From: Lingula anatina
Taxonomy: Eukaryota > Animalia > Brachiopoda
Direction: 5' to 3'
DNA: 64,000 nucleotides
NCBI GenBank assembly: GCA_051362555.1
Contig: CM120643.1
Span: 7,006,001-7,070,000 of the forward strand
In this document: positions 52,746 through 64,000 of the stretch, piece after piece
How positions within the stretch are numbered: the first letter of the stretch is position 1
Layout: each line of letters opens with the position of its first letter
The notes under the pieces: generated by a model
Database searches by the model: none
Seen by the model: only the letters and a program-made list of their open reading frames with translations
What the model was told of the DNA's origin: nothing
Program-made: the position numbers and the translations under genes

Positions 52746-53074
52746 AAATCATTTCGTGAAGATACTCATCAATATAAAATGTGTGTCCCTATGCTCGGCA
52801 AATGTAAAACAGTGTAGTATGACACAAATGAAAAACACAGTCTCACACTAAGGTATTGTACATTGTAAGTAATACATCTTATTGCAGATATATGAACAAC
52901 TTCATTCTACATTTGTACAGAATGATCTTCTGTTATTTCGGATCGGTAGATGGAGGAACTGACGTCCCAAGAGACGTTCATTAAAGACCTTTTAACGATA
53001 TTCTTTAGTGAGATAAATGGTGATTTGGCCTCCTATTTGTTCATATTTACAGTGGCTAACAGCTTGTCACATCA

Positions 53075-54447
53075 GGACCATTTCCCCCCGGACAGTTCCC
53101 CCCTGGACGCCCCCCCCCCCCCCAAGAAATATATATTTATGTAAAATTATAAAGGAAAGAGTATAAAGTTCAAATCTTTTCATCCATTTTATGAATATTT
53201 CTTAGTGTGATGATGCAACTCAAGGATAGAGAATGCTAATTTCATTAAACAAATCATTTACAAGTACAGACAATTTTAGAAATGGAAGTACAGAAAATTT
53301 AATTAAAAATCTGATCAAAGTATATCTCCAGGTAAAGGTGGGGTAAACAGATGGTCTCAATCTCAGGTAACCCTTTGATGAATTAACTGTTACTTTTAAT
53401 TGCTTCATTCCCCCCCTTGATTAAGTAAGCTTTGAATCAAGGTGCATCTCTAGGGAAAGGTGGGGTATACAGATTCTTTCTTATCTAGGTATCCCTTTGA
53501 TTATCTGTCACTTTTAATTGCTTGACTACTACCCACCTACTCACTACCCACTACCCACTACCTACTACCCACCTACCCACTACCTACTACCCACCTACCT
53601 ACTACCTACCTACCCACTACCTACTACCCACTACCTACCTACCCCACTACCCACCTACCCACTACCTACCTACCCACTACCTACTACCCACCTACCCACT
53701 ACCTACTACCCACTACCTGTCACACTGAAAATATTCATAAAATATCTGTTTACCTGTCCACCTGCTTTCCCCAACTTTACCTGGAGGATAGGTGGTTATA
53801 CTTTTATTAGATTTTAAATAATACTTTCCGTACTTGTACTCAACAAAAAAGGACTTTGTAATGAAGTAATTTGTTTAATGATGAAGTTTTATTATTACGC
53901 TAAAACATTAATAAATTGGATGAAATGTTTTGAACTTAAAGGGGTAATAACTCTTCGTATGAGCTCTATATTTCACAATAAAAACATTGAGAACAACTCA
54001 TAGAAATATAATATACTCTGTTTTACCACAGAAATGGCAGTTATAGCTATTATTCTGATATCTGAGCTTGTCTTCAGACCACGTGACCGCCATTGACGGC
54101 TATACTCTGTTATAATCTCTTAAGAGATTTTAACAAAAAACCAAACTTTTTTGAAAAAAACCAGGGACTAACTTTGAATGTAAAAATAGATTCATTAACC
54201 ATTGGCAAGTATGGGAAAATTGTTGTTTACTCTAGGAAAATTCTTTTTTTTTTAGCCAAAAATTTTAATGAAGAGTTATTACCCCTTTAACACTAATTTA
54301 CTTTATATTTGTATATAAATATATGTTTCTATGGGGGGGGGAGGGGGGGGGGGGCGAATCATCCAGGGGAGAATTGTCCTGGGGGGGAGGGAGAATTGTC
54401 CTGGGGGGGGGGGGGGGTTGTCCTGGGGGGGAATTGTCCAAGGATCC
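53075..54447. mobile_element. Foldback-type element with ggaca(a/g)ttcccccc terminal motifs, containing a CTAC-rich simple repeat (53527-53718)
   Basis: Inverted motif sets at both ends; internal inverted homology ~53280-53355 vs ~53755-53840. Confidence 0.5.
53940..54286. mobile_element. Kolobok-like MITE
   Basis: TIR AGGGGTAATAACTCTTC / GAAGAGTTATTACCCCT, TTAA TSD. Confidence 0.85.
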
Positions 54448-55609
54448 TCTACAGCTCAGGGTAAATCTACTGCTATCAACTTAATAAGTATCTCATGAAT
54501 AAAGGCTAATTATCAAAGCAAAGCCAATTGTCTGTTTGATAAGAACAATATGACAACATGACACATTTTAAGATATAAGAGGTGAACTGTTGATGCGAAA
54601 AATCAATGCAACTCAATCAATGGAACTTGAGTGTGAATTTTTGACTCTTTCTTTTCATGTGCATTTCACAAAAATCTGCATTTCTGCAATAAAAGAATTC
54701 TATTACTGATAGGCTGTTTTTTTAAATCAAGCTGTATATCAGCCCTATTAATCTTTTCTTTGAGTATGAGAATAATTAGTTAGGTTTTCCTTAATATAAA
54801 TAGTCTTCATTAGCCTCTACCAGGGTGGCAGATATTAAAGGCACATTTATCACATTTCCAAAGTCAAATGTCTATCTTTTTATAAGACACATCTGTGAAT
54901 ATCTTGTGAAAAAGCAACCTGTGGCCCTGGTAGAGGGTAGGTCTTTATAGTGACAGTGACCAAAATAGGGTTTTTGTCAATTTTATTGCAATATTACAAA
55001 ATGCTTTATCACCACCAATTTAAATTATGCACAGCAGGTAACATAGATAGTCAGCACATGTGACAAGGAAAAAGTCTTCAGGAACATGGAAGTTCAAGGT
55101 CACAAAATTGTCTAACTTTATGAAAAATGTTTAATTTAGTAATATACATCATTCCTATAAGTTTGAAGAGAATAGGTCAAATAGTTTTTCCTCAAAGGAT
55201 GTTATCTGAATGAATCTAGGTTTAAAAAAAAAGAATATTAATAATAATAAATAAATAAATAAATAAATAAATAAAATCCCTCTGAACATTTATCATGGGA
55301 CCCTACACTTAACCAGCCTGGGGTCCGGGGGCCACCTTAGGAATTGAATTTAAAAACGCAGAAATTCCGCGGTTCCATGGAAAAAGCTCATGTCTGTATC
55401 TGTATTGCATCTATACTGAAGTAAATACAGAAACCAACAACTTATGAAAATAATGGTATAATCAAGTGGATTTTCTAACTCCACCTGTACTTAATGAACA
55501 CTTATCAGTTGTGTAAGTTTGAAGACATAAGTTTACATAGTTTTCTAATAATAATATTTTAGTTAAACCATCACTTGAAATGCACTGCAACTTTTTGTTG
55601 AAGATCTTA

Positions 55610-55824
55610 GGGTGCATTCCCATAGATTTTGGATCGATCTATCCCCATGGGGAGTCTCACTAGATTACTGTCAGATAATCCGGCTTAAATGTCCGTCCCG
55701 CCTACTACAAGCTGTAAGGGGGTAATTAACTTCCGTGCGTGGTTGGCTGACTGCAATTTAGCATGAACCCCCAGGGAGATGGGTCTATCTAGTGAGATCG
55801 ATCTAAATCTCTGGGAATGCCCTC
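55610..55824. mobile_element. PIF/Harbinger-like MITE
   Basis: GGGTGCATTCCCA ... TGGGAATGCCCTC flanked by TTA on both sides. Confidence 0.7.
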
Positions 55825-58800
55825 TTACACTTCCTCTGTAGCTGCTTTTTAATTGCAATACCTTATGTGAATTGGCTTCAGAATAGATGGTTATTTACTA
55901 TGTAAGAGAGCAAGAAAGTTTTATACGTATTTTGTTTCATTTAATTTTTATGGACTTTTTTAAATACAAATTTTTAAAATTATCCTAGTATTTGAAGTGA
56001 AGTTTTTAGCTTTTAAATCTTCAGAGTTAAGACAATAACCCATTTCACGCGTTCAAGTTGGATAATTTTATTTTGTTAGTACATCTTTAGGTTTACTATT
56101 TAGAAAATGATTTCCCATCATATTTGATCTACGTTTCTACCCATAGTAAAACAAAAAAAGCTAAGACGTAGTTTTTTGGTGCACAGAGAATTTCGAGTGT
56201 ACTGTGGGTAAAAGAGACAAAATGTTATAATTACTTAGTTTACCTTTTCAATATACTTTAAGCTTGAAAATGGTTTTTATATTGTTGTTTTTGCTGAATT
56301 TGAGCAACTTTATACAACTCTGATGAATAAGCATTATAGGGCAGTCATCACCTACTTTGATGGAATCAAATATTTCTAATAATATTTTTAACATCTTTTA
56401 TTTCCAGACAACATAAAAATAGGTACAATGCTTTACACCTCTAACAATTCAATTAGTGAAATAACAAATCTAACATCAGAACATTCAACATAATTCACCA
56501 TAAACATTTTCTCTTCTGTAAGCATTTGCCTCATTTTCAATTTCCATATTACTGTGATTACAGGACCAACCTGGAAGGGGGTGATTAAGACACCCCTGCA
56601 CACCCCTTCAACAATCAGTGTGCCCCTATAGCTTTAACACTGTCTTCACACCAAATGTCAGTCACTATGTCAGTGCTCAAAGACAATATAAGAAAACAGA
56701 ATTCATTATTTTTTAAAGTCACATGTGAAGATTTTCAACCATGCATATGCACTATTATGATATGTCCTTGTTTATATTACTAGCAAGACCAAGAATAAAA
56801 AGGCCTAGTTTACAGCTTGTGAACTTGGTTTCAGATTATTGTTCAACATTCATTGGCTCCATTCTTTTTTTAAGTCAGTGGAGAATTATCAAATCCTCTT
56901 CAATGCTGTCAGGAAGCACTTCAAAGGTCTCCTAATTATTGGATAACCTGTAAAAAAGCAAATGAAAAACTTCAATATTTCACAATGAAACAGTACAGCT
57001 AAAAACAGCAAAAAACCTTATGACCTTATTAAAAAAATTATCTAACTCCACACAGAGCTGAAAAATGTTAATTTTGAAAATATTGTACCTAAAACCCTTC
57101 ACACTGGACAGCGTCCATTCTGCTTCCTTTGTGCAACCATGAAACTGGCATTGCTGTGGTCGTAGAAAGGAGGCACAAGCATCACTTTGGTTGCACAATG
57201 AATGCTCAATGATCGGCCAGTTGTCAGAACGTATTTTTTTTTTTAAATTTCAAATGGGGCCGTACTACAGGATGCAGAAAGGACATCGTCCATTGTAAAG
57301 GGGGCTTAAGACAAGAGACAGAAAAACTGGCAAATGTACAGGCACCAGTCTTAGTAAATATAGCCACACAGCAAATATGAAGTAAAAACAAGGCAGCAAA
57401 GCTGTCAAATGTAGAGACACAATAATAAATAATGTTTATAACAGCACAGTCAATCAACACTAAAATTTAATGATGCACAATAGGTAACGTGGTCAATAAG
57501 ATTACAGTTTCAGGATCAACAGAGTTCAAACATTTACCTTTAAACATTATACAAAATCAATTTATGCAATATCACCATTTTTCACATATTGTGAAAAATG
57601 AGAAAAATGACAGTGCATAAAATATTTTTGTATAATGTTTAAAGGTATTAACACCAATATTATAGCTTATGTGGAAATACAGAAAATGTACAAAGCTTCG
57701 GGTCGGAGGGAGTTAAAAGTCACATCTTGAAGATGCCAGTGTTTGAAAAAAAATTAAAATAAAAAATAACAAAAAATATTCCAATAAAGCTGCTATTCAA
57801 ACTTTTAATCTAGTTATATTAACACGATATGAATAACCCCAGTGAGTATGAGGATAATAAGGCACTGTTATTCATCTATAGCAATTATGTTCGCATTACA
57901 CAAAATAATTTTTTTCTTTTGTAAAATTATATGCAATATTAAGCAACCTTTACCTGCATAATTATCACTGATTCCTAATTATGTGACACTGTTAATTTTA
58001 GACTTTTACAAACTGTATCATGCAGAGAGCTAAACATATGGGAGTTTAAAGGGAAATCTCAACATATGTGTAACGTATGTTTACTAATGTAATCTCATTC
58101 AATGGCCAGAAAAATCAACCAATAAGACTTGTTTTCCAGCTAAAGCTGTATTTAAGTCCTGTTTCTTTCCTTTAATTTCAGTCATGATGAAACTGTAGGT
58201 CTGATCACTGATGACCAGCCAAAACTTGTCAAGATGGTAAAAAATTGAACTTCGGCAGTCCAAAGGACCAGCAAGATTTTTTAGTGTCACCATTTTGAAT
58301 TTACAGTCATCATTTGACATACTTCACTAATAAAATTATATATAACCCACAGAGTTTTTCTCCCCTCCATTTACTTATCAGGCAAGATATAAAAAATGAT
58401 AACATTCACAGACAAAGTAAGCTAGCCAATCATAGTATCTGTCTCAAACGAATAGAGTGATTCCCTATGGGGAAGCCCCCTGCTCCCGATATTACTTGCT
58501 CCGGCATTGTCTATTGCTCACGACACACAGACAGCTATCAAGAGAGTGGTCCATGCTGCCGAGCATATGTTAACACGGCAGGGCAAATGTTTCCTGATAA
58601 ACTTTTTTTTTTGAAAATAACGTTGTTAGCATAGAAATGAGGTCACCTGATTAACTCAGTAAATTTGATTTCTCAGTTATTGGTACTTCTGTTTATATTC
58701 AGCCTGCGGCATATCACTGTTTTACGTAAAGATGGTTTAAAAGTTTGGTCGCTTCTTCGAACGCGATTCGTGGTGAAAGAACATAAGGCCACACTTTTTT

Positions 58801-59724
58801 ATTTTAATGGATGACATCCTCTGGGGACCCCGAAATCGGTGTGAGAGGGTGAAAAAAAAAACATTCCAAAAAAAAAAAATAAATAAAATACTGCTTAAGT
58901 AAAGGAATGCTGTAAGTTTCTTGCTAAAAGGTAAAACAGTTTTCCACTTATCATGTTATTGGTGTTGGATACATCCAAAAAAAAAAAAAAGCGAAAAAAC
59001 AGCCTTACTTTTGACAAAATGGCCCAATCATGCTAATTTTTTTAGCTTGACCCACGTTTTATGAATATTCATCAGTTCTGTAAGTTTCAAGCGAAAAGGT
59101 AAAATGGCTTTCCACTAATCGTGTTAACGGTGAAAGTGCATGGCGACGACGACAACGACAGACGCAGGTAACTGCTATATGTAGAGACACATCTGTGTTT
59201 GTACATAAAAGACTGCTGAGATGAGAAAAATATCAATAGAACAATTTTAAATTTCCAATTTGCACCATTTTGAGATTCTGAACATAGTGAGAGATTGAAA
59301 CTGCACTGATGTGACTTTATTTCCATTTTTGACACTTTATTACACACTACAAGATAGCAGATTAACCATCAGTAGTAGTCCAAACAGACTGATTTTAAAA
59401 CTTGACCTGTATTTTATGAATATTCATCAGTTCTGACAAAAGGTAAAACAGTTTTATATATTTTATTTGTATAAGGGTGGATAAAATATGCTGAAAAAAA
59501 AGGAACAATGGTCTGATCAGGTTGATTTTCGCATTTCACTTGTGTTTTTATGAATATTCATCAGTTCTATGAGCTAAATGATAAAAGGTAAAACAGTTTT
59601 CATATTAGTTTACTGTTATATAATAATGAAAGTGCACAATGATGACGACGACAGCATAAGCAAAGGCTATAAGAATATTCATCAGTTCGAAGAGAATAGG
59701 TCAATGTGTCTGTACGTAAAAACT

Positions 59725-60045
59725 GACACCACTTCCAGTGTTGCGCTTGACAAGCTCTATTAAATGCAATTAACAAGATGTCCCTAGCATTTACAGTTCC
59801 AAAATAAGTAGGTGTAAGAGAGTTTTCAGTTTTGGCACCAAATGACTGCTTCTCCCATGGAAATGCACCGATTGACCTCAAACTTAACAAAATGAAAGGA
59901 GACAGTAAGAGTAACTCTTCATTATAATATGACAGCTTAGGTCTGTGTAGTTTCTGAAAAAAGGCACAAACAATTTTTTTTTGCAGAAAATTCCCATTTT
60001 TACATAAATTTGGCCGATTTGACATTAAAAGGATCATTTGCAACA
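59725..60045. repeat. Diverged relative of the internal part (~7180-7495) of the HINE at 4224-7861
   Basis: Colinear matches such as accacYtccagtgttg, ttttcagttt, aaatgcaccgattgacc. Confidence 0.65.
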
Positions 60046-62715
60046 ATTGCTACTAGAAAGAAAGCTACTAGTAAATTAACCTTTTTCATCTTTTGCGGAA
60101 ATACGAAGTGTGCATGACAGGAACCGCGCGCCACAGGGGTCATGGTGGTCCTCTGCTGTTTCCAGCATGGCAATGCTAGGTGTAGATGATGTACAAGGTG
60201 CGCATATAAAAAGGTCGTATGAAGCGTGCATTGCTTTCTGTCAAACTAAAAAGGTGGCTGAAGCACAGAAATGCGTAAACTGTAGGCAAGAAACAGCTAT
60301 TTGGACGGAGAATCAAGCAATTAAATATTTTTTTTCTCAGTTAAAATACAATGCGCTTTACAACTAGACTTCACCTAAGCGTCCGAGCCTTGGCTGCACT
60401 TTCAAAAGTGATGACGAACTAAAGCTACGGAGTTCTTTTAAATGCTTCCGATAATAAAGATATGCGAAAGAGACTCATTGTTTTTTTATATATAAAATCA
60501 AAATAGCCAGTGACTCGTACACAGCTTTCAAGAGTGTGGACAGGTGCGCAGGCCTACGTCTTCACAATTTTATACATGTTCTATGCAAGCTGTGGCGATA
60601 TCACCTCATGTACCGGCAGTGTCAATTCATTACGATTTTTATGTCTTGTTTGAAGGATATCTTAAGAGATTTTTAAAGCGATAAAATGAAAAGATTTCCT
60701 GCATTGTTTGACTCGTAACTACTGTGTATACAGGTAAAACTGACACGCAGATCGTTCGTCGGTGAACTGATTAAATCGTTTGGTACCTGATAAGGCATCA
60801 GGTGTTACTTGTTCAATTGTTCGGTAAGGCGGGCGGCCACAACTACGACCTTTCCTCTGTAATTAAAACCTTTTAAGTGTTAAATAGGTGAGACAGGAAT
60901 TCTCGACTCTTTCCCAGACGATAATTAAAGTTTACCGTGTCTTACTCTAGTATACGCACAAAATTTACGACAGGTAAAAAATGTCAGCCTTTCGGTCTGA
61001 CAAGTATGAAAATTTTGTCAATCTGAAACAAAAACAAAATTATAGCAAGAGCCCAAATTATTTGATTTTTAAACGTTTTTATGCGTATTTTCATCGTTTT
61101 CAATCACAGACAATTAAAACATTCAAATAAAGTGTTTCCCACACATTTCATAGTTTTCAACTATCTTAGACAGTTAAATATAGGCTACGTAGGCCTACTT
61201 TAATACTAAGCATATTTGTATTACTTTACAAATACGTTGTTGGATTATGTTTATTATCCATTTTGTCTTTACCATACATGTATTATGTACGTGTAGCTTA
61301 CAGAAAGGCTTTTCTGCATTTTTTTGTAAAAATATGCCCATTGAATTTTCCAATTCTCTTGTCATTGAGTTCAGAAATAAATAACTTTTTATTTCGCCGA
61401 TAACGCGTTCAACAAGAGCCGATGTACTTTCTTCTTCGTATGTCTCTGTTGATCTTGATAATATGAGCCCCGTTTGTACAAATCAGTAATACGTATACGG
61501 GACTGAATACATAATAATAAAAATTTTATTAACGTCTCACGTTAAAAAAAAATAGAACCCACCCTGCTAAGGGTTATTAGAGACTAAAACCTGTGATGGG
61601 CCTACAACATTTAAAATGATCACTTATCAATAAAACACACACAAAAAGGATATTACATACGAAACTTTTCAAACCTTCTCTTTGTTGTTACACAAAAAGT
61701 CGTGAAAGTTCTTGAATTTTTTGTAAGTAGAATCCCCGTGTAAAACTTCAAAGCTTTTACTTTCTTTTTCCATAATCTCATGCTTGAAGTCTTTTCTTAA
61801 TTTTTAGGCCCCGGCCTATTCTTCAATTTTTTCTTCAAATCTTTATAATGTTTTTTTTTCTCGCATTTTTTACCCCGAGTTCTATTTGCCGATAGTTCGT
61901 TATATCCGTTGTTTAACTAAGCATTTCTGTTTTTTTATTAAAGCACCGTTGATCTCCTAATATTATAGTTTTTCTTCCCGCCTTCGAAATGTTCAGCGCA
62001 AACGCGGTGCCCTGCTTTTGATCCAAACTTGCAATATTTTCCTTTCTTTCTACCATATTTTTTTATTCTAACGGGTTTGTTGGGAACTTATTAAACCTCA
62101 TGTGTCGATCTCGCTTACTGTTATTGTAGTAGCGGGACAAAAAAGCACGTAAACCCAGCCATGGTTTTAAGCACCGCTGTAAGTGTTTCGACGTAGCAGG
62201 GCTCCCCTACCCACAATGCAATTTCCATTTCCGGAAAAGATGAAAAAGGCTAATAGGAAATGTTTGAAAAGAAGACCAAGAACGACATACATGGACAACA
62301 TAAAAGAATAAACTGGTCAAAAAAAAATATAGTTCAAGTATTTGAGAGATGTGGCGATCCATGACAGCCAATCTGCTATGAGTGGATGGCACCCAGTGAT
62401 GATGAAGTAAACTCAATTTATAGAACAATTTTGGGTACTAGTAAATAGTTTTAAGGCCCAGATATCAAAACAAGGATGACTTTTATTGTCAGTTATCAAT
62501 TCCTGTATTCTTATCTTAGTTATGCCAAAAAAATTTACTTTGTGCAAAACAGGCAGCAACCAGCACCCCCCCCCCCCCCGCCCAAACAAGGAAAAAGTAC
62601 AAATAGCAATAAGATTATATCACAAAGTGTTACGTCTACCTCTTTCACAATATTTTTAAAGAATTACTCTGTTCAGAAAACTTACAGTGTTACTTCCTTA
62701 CCTTATGTGAGGGAT

Positions 62716-64000
62716 TTATTTCAATTCCTCCTTCAAAAACTTGTACAAACTTGCAGATTTTTCTTTCACCATAAAAAAAGGCACCTCTAGAACCTCTCTG
62801 TATCCTGCTTGATATAGGAAGTGTTTCTTTGCCTTTGTTTCACCTGGTGAATAAAGAAAACCAAATCAATGTTAACATAAAACATATTTCAATGTCTTAC
62901 TGAGAGGAAATGTGTGCCTGAATGCACTGAAATATTAATATTTACACAAAGAAAACCTGTTCATGTCAAAACTTTATCACATAGACATATAACACATTCA
63001 AATTAAGATGGCCTCTGTTTAAAGCGTGAAATAATACAATGTTTACTGGGAAATGTATACCACAACATGTTGAGATTTAGTGAGGCAGTGGAGTATAGTA
63101 CTTATATTTGACATACATACAACATCAGTTGTCTACATTACTCTCTACTGATACATCATTGTTGTCCTTTGTAACCTATTGTTATTCTCAGTACCCCATT
63201 GTTGTTATGGCTATATAAGCTGGCCCTCAGTGGGTAACCAGCAAGTATATAGGAAAAATAGGCTCAATACACTGAAGTCAAGCTTGTGTTAGTCATAACC
63301 CAAAGCTGCTTAGGCAGCAGGGTGGGCTTACTAAAGCCGTCTCTACATACAACAACCACATTTTTAACTCACCAGTTAACATTGGCTTGTTGATAAAGAA
63401 ATCTTCATCATGAAGAATCCACACTGCTATTCTTCTCCATCTTTCTGGCAAGGCAGACATGTTTTCCATTTTGAGGAACCCATTTTCATCAAAGACTCTG
63501 GGCACCAGCTTCATGTCTACAGGCTCATTCAATTCATTCAAACAAAACTCCACAACAGGACGATATATGGGAAGTACTGGTGTGACTCTTGCCATGTGGG
63601 GACCACCAAGAATCATTTGTACAGCCTCTAAAACAGCCTTCTTTGAGGAATGCTGGCATATATTTTTCAATTTCTCTGTAAAGTATTGAATACCATCTGC
63701 TTTGTAAAGGCTTGGTGGAATCTTCTTAACATACTTGTCAATTTGCTCCATTTCTAACCTTCCACACAACTCCACAATATTTATACACCCTTGAGGCTTC
63801 ATGACATTTAATGATTCCTCCTTCATCAGACCAGACTGGAAACAACTATCAAGTATTCCACTGAAGACTTCATAATAGCCATGATGGCGCATCAAATCAC
63901 AAGTAATGGAAAGCAATTTGAAAGGGGGGATATTTCTCCCTTGGTTTTGCACTAAATCAACCACTTTTTTTAAAAAAGCAATATTTGTATTGCAATCCAT
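62716..64000 (-). CDS. 3' end of a FAST kinase domain (FASTKD)-like gene with C-terminal RAP domain (two exons, 5' part outside window)
   Basis: Exon 64000-63373 ends ...RRIAVWILHDEDFFINKPMLT G|GTGAGT; acceptor ttattcaccag at 62844; phase-1 last exon 62843-62716 reads GETKAKKHFLYQAGYREVLEVPFF...LK*, completing a RAP-type motif. Confidence 0.75.

Noticed and set aside
53518-53817. Pro/Thr/Tyr-rich ORFs
   Set aside because: Translation of a CTAC-type simple repeat.
56800-58320. Minus-strand exon-like fragments
   Set aside because: Stops in the candidate frames and no recognisable domain; cannot be assembled into a gene.
63293-63372. ORF tail ELKMWLLYVETALVSPPCCLSSFGL
   Set aside because: Intron read-through past the GTGAGT donor.

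Overview
AT-rich, repeat-dense eukaryotic (invertebrate-like) genomic DNA. The centrepiece is an intact 8,026-bp Ty3/Gypsy LTR element with an envelope gene (32805-40830, minus strand), i.e. an errantivirus-like endogenous retrovirus. It has identical 386-bp LTRs, an ATAC target-site duplication, gag with a CCHC knuckle, a U-UUA-AAC -1 frameshift site into pol (PR-RT-RH-IN), a 680-aa class I (baculovirus-F-like) fusion glycoprotein, and a GC-richer 3' segment with candidate accessory ORF(s) behind a good splice acceptor. Host genes read by hand: a multi-exon CBM20 (starch/glycogen-binding) gene with a run of short phase-1 repeat exons and several lesions (25803-30236, +), an intronless orphan class A GPCR (45294-46388, +), and the 3' end of a FASTKD-like RAP-domain gene (62716-64000, -). 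The rest is decayed Gypsy, Penelope and LINE fragments, Helentron-type non-autonomous elements carrying satellite arrays, many MITEs and tandem repeats. All family assignments come from motif recognition by eye; no database search was run.
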